Source: an uncultured Rhizobiaceae bacterium
GTDB lineage: Bacteria > Pseudomonadota > Alphaproteobacteria > Rhizobiales > Rhizobiaceae
Assembly: GCA_964383325.1 (NCBI GenBank)
Contig: CAYLGY010000001.1
Coordinates: 7,230 to 71,229, forward strand
Direction: 5' to 3'
DNA: 64,000 bases
The notes under the pieces were generated by a model. The model had not been told where the DNA came from. It did not search any database and saw nothing but the letters and a program-made list of their open reading frames with translations. This document shows, one piece after another, positions 9,614 through 18,066 of this stretch; position 1 is the first letter of the stretch, and each line of letters begins with the position of its first letter. Both the position numbers and the translations under genes were made by a program.

Positions 9614-11619
9614 ACGCGGGCGCGATCCTGTGGTGCATTGCCGGCCAGCTGGTGCTGTGCGTACCTGCCATGGTCCTCCCGTCTCCGCGCGCCAGCCGCC
9701 TCATCTACGGCGCCAGCCTGTTCCTGTCGGGACTGGTCCTTGCGATCGCGGCGGGCTGGCTTGTTGCTATTGGCGGGAGCTCGGAAATCGAATTGCCTCT
9801 GGGCCTGCCCTGGATCGGCGTCCATTTCGTCCTGGACCCGCTTTCGGCCTATTTCCTTCTCATCGCCAATCTGGGCGGCGCGCTCGCCGGTCTCTACGGT
9901 ATCGGCTACGGCATGCACGAGAAGGAACCTCGCCGTGTGCTGCCCTTCTTTCCTGTGTTTCTCGCGGCCATGAACCTCGTACTCCTGGCCGGAGACGGCT
10001 TCACCTTTCTGCTGTCCTGGGAGTTCATGTCATTGTCGTCCTGGGCGCTGGTCATGGCGAACCATCGTGCGGAAGGCAATGCGCGTGCCGGCTATGTCTA
10101 TCTCGTAATGGCAGGGTTCGGCACCATGGCGCTACTGCTCGCCCTCGGCCTGCTGGCGGGTCCGGCAGGAGGCTACACTTTCGCTGCCATGCGCGAGGCG
10201 TCGACCACCCCGCTTCTCACTGCCGCGGTGTTCGGCCTTGTCCTGATCGGGGCTGGATCGAAGGCAGGGATGGTGCCCCTGCACGTCTGGCTGCCGCTGG
10301 CCCATCCGGCAGCACCCAGTCATGTCTCTGCCCTGATGAGCGGGGTCATGACAAAGGTGGCGATCTATGCGGTCATCCGCATCCTGTTCGATCTGCTCGA
10401 CGATCCATTCTGGTGGTCTGCCATCGTGCTGATGTCCTTCGGTGGTCTCACCGCACTCCTCGGAATCCTCCATGCGCTGCGTGAGACCGATCTGAAGCGT
10501 CTCCTCGCATGCAGCACGATCGAGAATATCGGCGTCATTCTCATCAGCCTCGGTCTCGCCCTCGCATTCGAATCCCAGCACATGGGCCTGGCCTCGGCAA
10601 TGGCCATGGCTGCGGCGCTGTTCCACGTTTTCAATCACAGCCTGTTCAAGAGCTTGCTGTTTTTTGGTGCCGGCGCCGTGCTGAACGCGACGGGTCATCG
10701 CGACATGGAGCGGCTCGGGGGCCTCATTCACAGAATGCCGGTGACCAGCGTGGTCTTTCTCGTCGGTTGCGTGTCGATTTCGGCATTGCCTCCATTCAAC
10801 GGCTTTGTCTCGGAATGGCTCGCCTTCCAGTCCGTCCTGCAAAGTCCCGAGCTGACGCATTGGGGCCTCAAGATGATCATCCCCGCCATGGGCGGGGTGC
10901 TGGCAATGGCCGCGGCGCTGGCGGCAGTGGTATTCGTAAAGGCATACGGCATCGTCTTTCTTGGTCGGCCGCGCAGCGATGCGGCCGGGAACGCGCATGA
11001 GGTCGACCGGTTCTCGCTGACTGCAATGGGGATCCTTGCCGGCCTTTGCTTGCTGGCCGGGCTCCTGCCCGGTCTGGTGCTTGACGGCATGCTTGCCCCG
11101 GTGACGCTGCATCTCCTTGGCGAGCGCTTGCCCGGGCAGGCCGCAAACGCTTGGCTGACGCTCGCGCCGGTCGGCGACAGTCACAGCTCCTACAGCGGCC
11201 TGCTGGTCTTTCTCTTCATCGCCATCTCCGCCATGCTCGCTGTCCTGCTGGCGCACCGCCATGGCTCGCGGGCCGTCAGGCTTGGTCCGGCATGGGATTG
11301 CGGTTATCCGGAAATCACCCCGGCGAGTCAGTATACCGCAACAAGCTTCGCCCAACCCCTGATACGCGTGTTCGGGCCTTACGCATTTGGCACCAGGGCA
11401 GAGCTGGACATGCCGCGCCCCGGGGAAGTCCGCCCGGCGCGCTACCGGGTCGAGTCCCATGATCTTGCATGGGAATGGCTGTACGTGCCGCTCGCGCGCG
11501 CAATCGATTTCATCGCCGGCAAACTCAACCAGTTCCAGTTCCTTACGATCCGCCGCTATCTGGGCCTGGTATTTGCCTCCCTCGTTACGCTTCTTCTGGT
11601 GCTGGCGCTATGGGGCTGA
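9610..11619 (+). CDS. Hydrogenase-4 subunit B-like / NuoL-type antiporter-like subunit
   Basis: 669-aa polytopic protein with NuoL/HyfB-like sequence (e.g. WLPLAHPAAPSHVSALMSG). First gene of the six-gene operon. Confidence 0.85.
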   Translation: MNAGAILWCIAGQLVLCVPAMVLPSPRASRLIYGASLFLSGLVLAIAAGWLVAIGGSSEIELPLGLPWIGVHFVLDPLSAYFLLIANLGGALAGLYGIGYGMHEKEPRRVLPFFPVFLAAMNLVLLAGDGFTFLLSWEFMSLSSWALVMANHRAEGNARAGYVYLVMAGFGTMALLLALGLLAGPAGGYTFAAMREASTTPLLTAAVFGLVLIGAGSKAGMVPLHVWLPLAHPAAPSHVSALMSGVMTKVAIYAVIRILFDLLDDPFWWSAIVLMSFGGLTALLGILHALRETDLKRLLACSTIENIGVILISLGLALAFESQHMGLASAMAMAAALFHVFNHSLFKSLLFFGAGAVLNATGHRDMERLGGLIHRMPVTSVVFLVGCVSISALPPFNGFVSEWLAFQSVLQSPELTHWGLKMIIPAMGGVLAMAAALAAVVFVKAYGIVFLGRPRSDAAGNAHEVDRFSLTAMGILAGLCLLAGLLPGLVLDGMLAPVTLHLLGERLPGQAANAWLTLAPVGDSHSSYSGLLVFLFIAISAMLAVLLAHRHGSRAVRLGPAWDCGYPEITPASQYTATSFAQPLIRVFGPYAFGTRAELDMPRPGEVRPARYRVESHDLAWEWLYVPLARAIDFIAGKLNQFQFLTIRRYLGLVFASLVTLLLVLALWG

Positions 11620-12566
11620 TGCTCGATCTTGCCATTCAGTGCGCGCAGATGCTGATCGTGCTGCTGCTGGCACCATTGCTCACCGGATATGTGCGCAAGG
11701 TGAAGGCACGGTTGCTGCGCCGGCGCGGGCCTGCCCTGCTGCAGCCCTACCGTGACCTCCTCCGACTGATTCGCAAGGAGGCCGTGGTGGCAGAGAATGC
11801 TTCCTGGCTCTTCCGGGCCACGCCATACATGGTTTTCGCGGCGACCTGGGTCGCGGCTGCGCTTGTGCCCACCTTTGCCTCGGGATTGATCTTCAGTTGG
11901 GCCGCGGATCTGATCGCAATCGTCGCCCTGCTCGCGACCGCCCGCTTCTTCCTGGCGCTGGCAGGCATGGATGTCGGTACCGGGTTCGGGGGGATCGGCT
12001 CCAGCCGCGAGATGATGTTTGCCTCCCTCGCCGAGCCCGCAATGCTGCTGATCGTCTTCAGCCTGGCGCTGCTGGCCGGCGCATCGCAGCTTGCCACGCT
12101 GTCCGGCTTCATGATGTCGCCGGAAGTCGGCCTTCGGGTATCGCTCGGCCTGTCTCTCGTGGCGCTGGTGATGGTTGCGTTGGCCGAGAACGGTCGCATC
12201 CCGATCGACAATCCGGCAACGCATCTTGAACTGACCATGGTCCATGAGGCGATGGTGCTGGAATATTCCGGGCGCCACCTGGCCATGATCGAACTGGCGG
12301 GGCATCTGAGGCTGCTGCTCTATCTGTCGCTGATTGCCTGCCTCTTCGTTCCCTGGGGCATGGCGTCGGCGGGAGCAGGCATTGTGGCGCATCTCGCAGG
12401 CATCATCGCGTTCGTGGCCAAGATCGCCGTAGGTGGAACGCTTCTGGCCGTGCTGGAGACATCGATCGCCAAGATGCGGGTCTTCCGCGTGCCGGATTTC
12501 CTCGGTGTGGCACTGATGCTGGCGCTGCTCAGCGCATTGCTGCTGTTCGTGTCGCGGAGTCTCTAG
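11610..12566 (+). CDS. HyfC/HycD-like (NuoH-like) membrane subunit
   Basis: ORF 11469-12566 trimmed to MGLMLDLAIQ... (ATG overlaps the upstream stop). RRRGPALLQPYRDLLRLIRKE is the NuoH/HycD hallmark region. Confidence 0.85.
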   Translation: MGLMLDLAIQCAQMLIVLLLAPLLTGYVRKVKARLLRRRGPALLQPYRDLLRLIRKEAVVAENASWLFRATPYMVFAATWVAAALVPTFASGLIFSWAADLIAIVALLATARFFLALAGMDVGTGFGGIGSSREMMFASLAEPAMLLIVFSLALLAGASQLATLSGFMMSPEVGLRVSLGLSLVALVMVALAENGRIPIDNPATHLELTMVHEAMVLEYSGRHLAMIELAGHLRLLLYLSLIACLFVPWGMASAGAGIVAHLAGIIAFVAKIAVGGTLLAVLETSIAKMRVFRVPDFLGVALMLALLSALLLFVSRSL

Positions 12567-13229
12567 ATGAACGGCCTCGCATTCGACATCGCCCATATGC
12601 TTGCCGGAAGCCTGGTTCTTGTCAGCCTGCTGATGCTTTACCAGGACCGTCTGCTGGCGCTCATCAACATCTTCGCGCTGCATGCGCTCCTGCTGACGCT
12701 TTCCGTCGCCTGGCAGGCCCAGATCCAGGATGCCGGCCATCTATTTGTCACCGCGGGTGTCACCTTGCTGTTCAAGGTCTTCATCATTCCGCTGGCGCTG
12801 CACAGGCTCGTGCGCCGGCTCGGAATCCACCGCGACATCGAGAATGTGATCGGCGTCGGCCCGACCATGCTGGCGGGGATCGGCCTGGTGGCGCTGTCAC
12901 TTGTGCTGATGCTGGAAGTTACGGAAGGAGCCACGCCGCTTGCGCGCCAGGACCTTGCCTTCGCGCTCTCCATCATCCTGCTCGGCCTCCTGCTGATGGT
13001 CAGTCGCCGCAACGCGGTCGGGCAGGTGGTCGGGTTCATGTCGCTCGAGAATGGGCTCGTCCTGGCCGCTGCTGGCGCGAAGGGCATGCCGTTGGTGGTT
13101 GAGCTTAGCGTTTCCTTCTCGATTCTCGTCGCCTTCATCGTGATCGGAACCTTCCTGCTGCGCATCCGCGAGCGGTTTGATTCCGTCGACGTGACGGCGC
13201 TCGACAAGTTTCGCGGAGAAAGGCGATGA
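12567..13229 (+). CDS. HyfE-like small membrane subunit
   Basis: 220-aa hydrophobic protein in the HyfE position between the HyfC-like and HyfF-like genes. Confidence 0.7.
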   Translation: MNGLAFDIAHMLAGSLVLVSLLMLYQDRLLALINIFALHALLLTLSVAWQAQIQDAGHLFVTAGVTLLFKVFIIPLALHRLVRRLGIHRDIENVIGVGPTMLAGIGLVALSLVLMLEVTEGATPLARQDLAFALSIILLGLLLMVSRRNAVGQVVGFMSLENGLVLAAAGAKGMPLVVELSVSFSILVAFIVIGTFLLRIRERFDSVDVTALDKFRGERR

Positions 13230-14677
13230 GCGGATATGCTCTTGATCCGGTGGTCGCGGTGCTGGTGTTGCCGGCCGTCGCCGCAGGCCTGCTCGCTTTT
13301 CTGTCCGACTATCGCATCGCCGCCGGCGTAAATGTCGTTGCCAGCTTGCTGACACTCTTCGCCGCCACCGCTCTTCTGTTCACGGGACGGCCCGAGCCCG
13401 GCAGGTATCTGCTGGTCGACGACCTCAATATCGTCTTCATCATCCTGAACAGTCTCGTCGGCTTCACGACCAGCGTCTTCAGCGCTTCCTACATCGCACA
13501 TGAACTGCGTACCGGCCGCCTGACCCCGCTGCATCTGCGATTCTATCATGCCATGTACCAGATCATGATGTTCGGCATGAACCTCGCCTTTGTCTCGAAC
13601 AATATCGGCCTGATCTGGGTGGCGGTGGAGCTGGCGACGCTGACGACGGTGGTCATGGTGGGAATCTACCGCACACATGAGGCGCTTGAGGCGGCGTGGA
13701 AATATCTGATTCTCGGCAGTGTCGGGATCGCGCTGGCGCTTTTCGGGACGATCATGGTCTACATGGTCGCCATACCCGTTGTCGGCGAAGGCCCCGAGGC
13801 CATGGTCTGGACTGAGTTGTTGCCGCGCGCGGCGGAGTTCGACCCGGCGCTGCTGAATGTAGCCTTCGTCTTCCTACTGCTCGGCTATGGCACGAAGGTG
13901 GGCCTCGCGCCGCTGCACGCCTGGCTGCCGGATGCGCATGCGGAAGGTCCCACCCCGATTTCGGCGGTGCTGTCCGGATTGCTGCTCAATGTCGCCCTCT
14001 ATGCGGTCCTGAGGTTCAAGATGCTCCTGGCGGCCAATCCCGCCGCGATCGCGCCCGGCCCGTTGATGATCGGCATGGGGCTGGTCTCCCTGCTGTTCGC
14101 GGCCGCGATGCTGTATCGGCGGCGCGACATCAAGCGGCTCTTCGCCTATTCCTCGATCGAGCATATGGGCATCATTGTCTTCGCGTTCGGTATGGGCGGA
14201 CCGCTGGCGAATTTTGCCGGGCTGCTGCACATGGTCATGCACAGCCTGACGAAATCGGCGATCTTCTTCGCAGTCGGGCATGTGGCGCAGGTCAAGGGCA
14301 CGCAGCGGCTCGCCGAGATCGGCGGACTTACTGTCTCGCATCCCGCCCTTGGCTGGGGCCTCGTCGTGGCGGTCGCCGCGATTGCCGGACTGCCGCCAAT
14401 GGGGATCTTCATGAGCGAATTCCTGGTCGTGACATCGACCTTTGCCCGCGCGCCCATTCTGGCCGTCCTGCTCGTCTTCGGCCTGTTGCTGGCAATCGGG
14501 GCATTGATGCTGCGGCTGACCGATATCGCATTTGGCGAGCCTCGCGGCAGCCAGGCGCCGGTCGAAGCGTCCTACCTGCCGATGTATGCCCATCTGTCCC
14601 TGGTGCTGATTGCCGGGATCTACCTGCCCCCGCCTCTGGTGGCCTGGTTCCAGAACGTGGCAAATCTGCTGGGATAG
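13226..14677 (+). CDS. HyfF-like / NuoN-M-type antiporter-like subunit
   Basis: 483-aa polytopic protein with WLPDAHAEGPTPISAVLSG, a proton-pumping-subunit motif. Confidence 0.85.
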   Translation: MSGYALDPVVAVLVLPAVAAGLLAFLSDYRIAAGVNVVASLLTLFAATALLFTGRPEPGRYLLVDDLNIVFIILNSLVGFTTSVFSASYIAHELRTGRLTPLHLRFYHAMYQIMMFGMNLAFVSNNIGLIWVAVELATLTTVVMVGIYRTHEALEAAWKYLILGSVGIALALFGTIMVYMVAIPVVGEGPEAMVWTELLPRAAEFDPALLNVAFVFLLLGYGTKVGLAPLHAWLPDAHAEGPTPISAVLSGLLLNVALYAVLRFKMLLAANPAAIAPGPLMIGMGLVSLLFAAAMLYRRRDIKRLFAYSSIEHMGIIVFAFGMGGPLANFAGLLHMVMHSLTKSAIFFAVGHVAQVKGTQRLAEIGGLTVSHPALGWGLVVAVAAIAGLPPMGIFMSEFLVVTSTFARAPILAVLLVFGLLLAIGALMLRLTDIAFGEPRGSQAPVEASYLPMYAHLSLVLIAGIYLPPPLVAWFQNVANLLG

Positions 14678-14690
14678 GGAAGTTGCGACC

Positions 14691-16205
14691 ATGAGTGTAC
14701 TCGGTGATCTTGTCTCCGCCTCCCTGCTGGTCACGGACCACCGGCCCTGGCCGCGTGCCGTCGTGACCGCCCAGGGCTGGGCGCGCACAGGTGAGCGTCT
14801 TGCCGCAGGAGAAGTGGACCTGCTTGGCCTCTGGGGCGAAGCAAGCTACGTACACATGGCGCTGCGCGAAGGCGCGGAGGCAGCCGTGCTGTCTCTGCCT
14901 TGCCCGGACCGGCGCTTTCCCAGCATCGGTGCGTTGCATCCACCCGCAATCCGCATGGAACGCGCCATCACCGATCTTTGCGGCCACAAGCCTGAAGGCG
15001 CGATCGACGACAGGCCCTGGCTGGATCATGGCAAATGGCCGAGCGCACGGCCGCTCGGCATTACCGAGGCGCGCACGGGCGCCGTCGTGCCTCATGATTA
15101 TGAATTCCTGCGCGCCGAGGGCGACAATCTGCATCAGATCCTGGTGGGACCCGTACATGCCGGCATCATCGAGCCGGGTCATTTCCGCTTCCATTGCAGC
15201 GGGGAGACAATTGTCCGGGTCGAGCAGAGACTGGGTTATACCCACAAGGGGACGGAAGCGCTGATGGCAGGGGCCGGACTGGAACGCGCGGGCCGGCTCG
15301 CGGGCAGGGTTTCGGGAGACAGCACCGTCGCCTATGCTCTCGCTTTCGCTCGCGCAGTCGAAGCGGCCCTCGAACTGGAACCTGCCGATCGTGCGATCTG
15401 GCTGCGCGCCCTGATGGCCGAGCTGGAGCGTCTGGCGAATCATCTCGGCGATATCGGCGCGATCTGCAATGATGCATCCTTTGCAATGATGCATGCCCAT
15501 TGCGGCATCCTGCGCGAGAAGGTGCTGCGCACCGCCGATGTGGCGTTCGGCCATCGCCTGATGCGTGACCGGATCGTGCCGGGCGGTGTGACGGCGGACC
15601 TCACTGATACCGGATTGGCGTCGATCCAGTTGCTGGTGGCAGAAGTACAGCGGGACTTTCCGCCTCTCATCCGTCTGTACGAGAACACGGCCTCCTTGCA
15701 GGACCGGACGGTCGGTACGGGGCGTCTCCGGTCAGGACTGGCGCGGCAATTTGGGGCTGGCGGCTATGTCGGGCGCGCCTCCGGGCGCAATTTCGACACG
15801 CGGCGCGATCTGCCCTATCCGCCCTATGACCAGCTCGCGTTCAAGGTTCCTGTACGGATGGAAGGCGACGTCGATGCGCGCATCTGGGTCCGCATTCTCG
15901 AGGTCGGCCAGACACTGTCATTGATCGAGCAGATCCTCGCGGCGCTGCCGCAGGGCGAGATTGCAAATGCGGTGCCGATGCCGGAGCGGAACCTTGAAGG
16001 CATGGCCCTGGTCGAGGGTTTCAGGGGCGATATCATGGCATGGATCCGGATCCGTTCCGATGGCACAATCGAGCGCTGTCATCTGCGCGATCCCTCCTGG
16101 TTCCAGTGGCCGTTGCTGGAAGTGGCAGTCGAAGGCGACATCATCGCCGACTTCCCGCTTTGCAACAAATCCTTCAACTGTTCCTATTCGGGGCACGATC
16201 TCTGA
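14691..16205 (+). CDS. HycE/HyfG-like NuoC-NuoD fusion 'large subunit' lacking NiFe-binding cysteines
   Basis: ORF 14610-16205 trimmed to MSVLGDL.... VGPVHAGIIEPGHFRF and RLGYTHKG are conserved, but the L1 position reads RVSGDSTVAY, not RxCGxCxxxH. The C-terminus is ...CNKSFNCSYSGHDL*. Confidence 0.85.
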   Translation: MSVLGDLVSASLLVTDHRPWPRAVVTAQGWARTGERLAAGEVDLLGLWGEASYVHMALREGAEAAVLSLPCPDRRFPSIGALHPPAIRMERAITDLCGHKPEGAIDDRPWLDHGKWPSARPLGITEARTGAVVPHDYEFLRAEGDNLHQILVGPVHAGIIEPGHFRFHCSGETIVRVEQRLGYTHKGTEALMAGAGLERAGRLAGRVSGDSTVAYALAFARAVEAALELEPADRAIWLRALMAELERLANHLGDIGAICNDASFAMMHAHCGILREKVLRTADVAFGHRLMRDRIVPGGVTADLTDTGLASIQLLVAEVQRDFPPLIRLYENTASLQDRTVGTGRLRSGLARQFGAGGYVGRASGRNFDTRRDLPYPPYDQLAFKVPVRMEGDVDARIWVRILEVGQTLSLIEQILAALPQGEIANAVPMPERNLEGMALVEGFRGDIMAWIRIRSDGTIERCHLRDPSWFQWPLLEVAVEGDIIADFPLCNKSFNCSYSGHDL

Positions 16206-16212
16206 GGACGCC

Positions 16213-16752
16213 ATGCCATTCAATCCGTTTCGCAACCTCCTGCGCCGCCCGCTGACCGACGATCCGCCGGTGCCCGCTGAGGCGCACGCCCGGCAGCTTG
16301 CCGCGGCCCTTGCGCGCACGGCTCGCCGCAAGCTTGGCCGAAGCCTTGCGATTCGTGCCATCGACGCCGGTTCCTGCAATGGCTGCGAGCTGGAACTCCA
16401 TGCGCTGGGCAACGCCTTCTACAGTCTCGAGCGGTACGGCCTGCACTTCGTTGCCTCGCCGCGCCACGCCGATGTGTTGCTGATAACGGGCCCGGTAACC
16501 CGGAACATGCGTGAAGCGGTGCTTCGGACCCATGATGCTGCGCCGCATCCGAAATGGGTGGTCGCGATCGGCGATTGCGCATTTGATGGCGGCTGTTTTG
16601 CCGGGAGCCCGGCGGTCCTTGACGGCGTTGCCTCGATTCTGCCAGTCGATCTCGTGATCCGGGGTTGTCCGCCTCGTCCGGCGGAAATCCTGCAGGGGCT
16701 GCTTGCCTTGCTGGAGGCCTCGGAGAACCCGCCGGCGCAATCAGCCGGCTGA
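16213..16752 (+). CDS. HycG/HyfI-like (NuoB-like) small subunit, 4 Cys for a [4Fe-4S] cluster retained
   Basis: ORF trimmed to MPFNPFRN.... Motifs DAGSCNGCELE, IGDCAFDGG and RGCPPRP are present. Confidence 0.85.
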   Translation: MPFNPFRNLLRRPLTDDPPVPAEAHARQLAAALARTARRKLGRSLAIRAIDAGSCNGCELELHALGNAFYSLERYGLHFVASPRHADVLLITGPVTRNMREAVLRTHDAAPHPKWVVAIGDCAFDGGCFAGSPAVLDGVASILPVDLVIRGCPPRPAEILQGLLALLEASENPPAQSAG

Positions 16753-16753
16753 T

Positions 16754-16806
16754 CGCGACTTTTCTGTTGCTTGCTAAACTGAAAAGTCACAGTCTTGCAA
16801 GTCGCG
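16754..16806 (+). promoter_or_regulatory. Nested/alternative inverted repeats between the Ehr operon and the next gene
   Basis: CGCGACTT (16754-61) pairs with AAGTCGCG (16799-806). GACTTTTC (16757-64) pairs with GAAAAGTC (16781-88). No T-run follows. Confidence 0.35.
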
Positions 16807-16828
16807 TATCAACAGGAGTAGCCAGGTC

Positions 16829-17344
16829 ATGACCGAGCCGAACAAGCCATCCGGGATCACTCTTGAAATGTTGCGAGGCGCCTACTCCATGCGAGCCGAA
16901 GCCTATGCACAGTTCTTCGACGTGCTGCGCGAGGAGTTCGGTGCCGAGCGAGCTGTCGAATTGATGTCTCGCGCGACCCGCCGCATGGGGCAAGGCATGG
17001 GACGGAAATTCGCCGGGTACGGACCACGGGATCTGGACGGGCTGCGCGACGCATTTCTTGGCGGCATTCCTTGCGCCGCCGACATGTTTGCACCCGAGAT
17101 CCAGCGCAGCGACGAGGAGAGGCTGGAAATCCAGTTTCATCGCTGCCCGCTGAAGGATTACTGGGTCGCGGCGGGACGTTCTGATGAGGATCTCGAACAT
17201 CTGTGCAAGGTGGCAGGCGCCATTGATGACGGGCTTTTCACCGAGGCGGGCTTCACGTTCAAAGGAGAGACCTGGAAGCCGGGACGCAGCGGCTGTTGTC
17301 TGCTGAGGGTCGAGCAGGGCCGGAATGTGGAAGGCAGCGTCTGA
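16829..17344 (+). CDS. ATC-hydrolase-family-like protein (L-2-amino-thiazoline-4-carboxylate hydrolase family, Cys-rich)
   Basis: 171 aa. HRCPLKDYW...HLCKVAGAIDD...GCCLLRV resembles the ATC_hydrolase family signature as I remember it; not verified by search. Confidence 0.55.
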   Translation: MTEPNKPSGITLEMLRGAYSMRAEAYAQFFDVLREEFGAERAVELMSRATRRMGQGMGRKFAGYGPRDLDGLRDAFLGGIPCAADMFAPEIQRSDEERLEIQFHRCPLKDYWVAAGRSDEDLEHLCKVAGAIDDGLFTEAGFTFKGETWKPGRSGCCLLRVEQGRNVEGSV

Positions 17345-17346
17345 CG

Positions 17347-17395
17347 CATGATCCCGGAAAGCTGACCTCCACCGTCCGGAAAAGACCCCTGTGCC
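17347..17395. repeat. REP/RIME-like intergenic element (variant copy)
   Basis: CATGATCCCGGAAAGCTGACC...GTCCGGAAAAGACC shares its CATGATCCCGGAAAG core with the copies at 27551, 27610 and 41703. Confidence 0.5.
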
Positions 17396-17513
17396 AGCAG
17401 GAAATTGGTTCAGGATGCCGATTCGACCAGGCGGTTAGCATATTTTTCTGGTCGGGTCCTTTCCAGTGGAAAACCGTAGCTGGCCAAGGTAATGGTGTGG
17501 CAATATGTTTAGT

Positions 17514-17529
17514 AACTGAACAACTGAAC
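17514..17529 (+). promoter_or_regulatory. Perfect tandem octamer AACTGAAC-AACTGAAC upstream of the 12-gene operon
   Basis: Read directly from the sequence, about 22 nt upstream of ATG 17551, in a locally AT-richer stretch. Confidence 0.3.
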
Positions 17530-17550
17530 AACCAGTCGTGACCCGGAAGG

Positions 17551-18066
17551 ATGCGCGGCACCATGAAGGTCGAAGAAGTCGTTGAGCTGTTCGAACGCGA
17601 GCGCGATGCCATCTGGCTGGAACAGCCTGAAGAGATCCGGATTCTCTCGCGCGGAGAGCATCCGCGAGGCATCGGATCCAGGGGCCAGTATCTGACGCCC
17701 ATCATGTTTGCAGAAGGGGCCGCCCGCAATCTGGCCGATGAAGTGCTGTGGAGCATCATCGGGTTCTGCGACCGTCCGGAGCTGGATTTCGCCACGCTGA
17801 AAGTCATGGCGGCAGAGATGGCAGGGCGCAAGGCAGGATTCTTCGAGCTGTTCGGACTGGAACATGTTTCCAGAATGGTCACGATCTATGCGCGCGCGGT
17901 GGATGGCACTCGCGACAGGGATGAGCTGAAGCGTCTCTCCCTCGCAATGTCGGCCTATGTCAATCGCGTGCATGTCTGGCTCGATGCTGCTTTTCCCTGG
18001 GGTGTGTGCAGCGGTTACATGCGTGCCGGTCATGGCCGGCGCAATGCAGAGGGACGGGAAGAATGA
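17551..18066 (+). CDS. Hypothetical helical protein (possibly related to the cucumopine-synthase C-terminal helical domain)
   Basis: 171-aa ORF with strong GC3 bias. Stop overlaps the next start (ATGA). No motif I can assign with certainty. Alternative start at ATG 17563. Confidence 0.55.
   Translation: MRGTMKVEEVVELFERERDAIWLEQPEEIRILSRGEHPRGIGSRGQYLTPIMFAEGAARNLADEVLWSIIGFCDRPELDFATLKVMAAEMAGRKAGFFELFGLEHVSRMVTIYARAVDGTRDRDELKRLSLAMSAYVNRVHVWLDAAFPWGVCSGYMRAGHGRRNAEGREE

Noticed and set aside
9610-16752. Calling the hyf-like operon a formate hydrogenlyase / [NiFe] hydrogenase-4
   Set aside because: The large subunit lacks the N-terminal CxxC Ni ligands and the C-terminal DPCxxC motif. No ferredoxin-like subunit, formate dehydrogenase, hyp or protease genes are present. 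I kept only the structural (complex-I-like) call.
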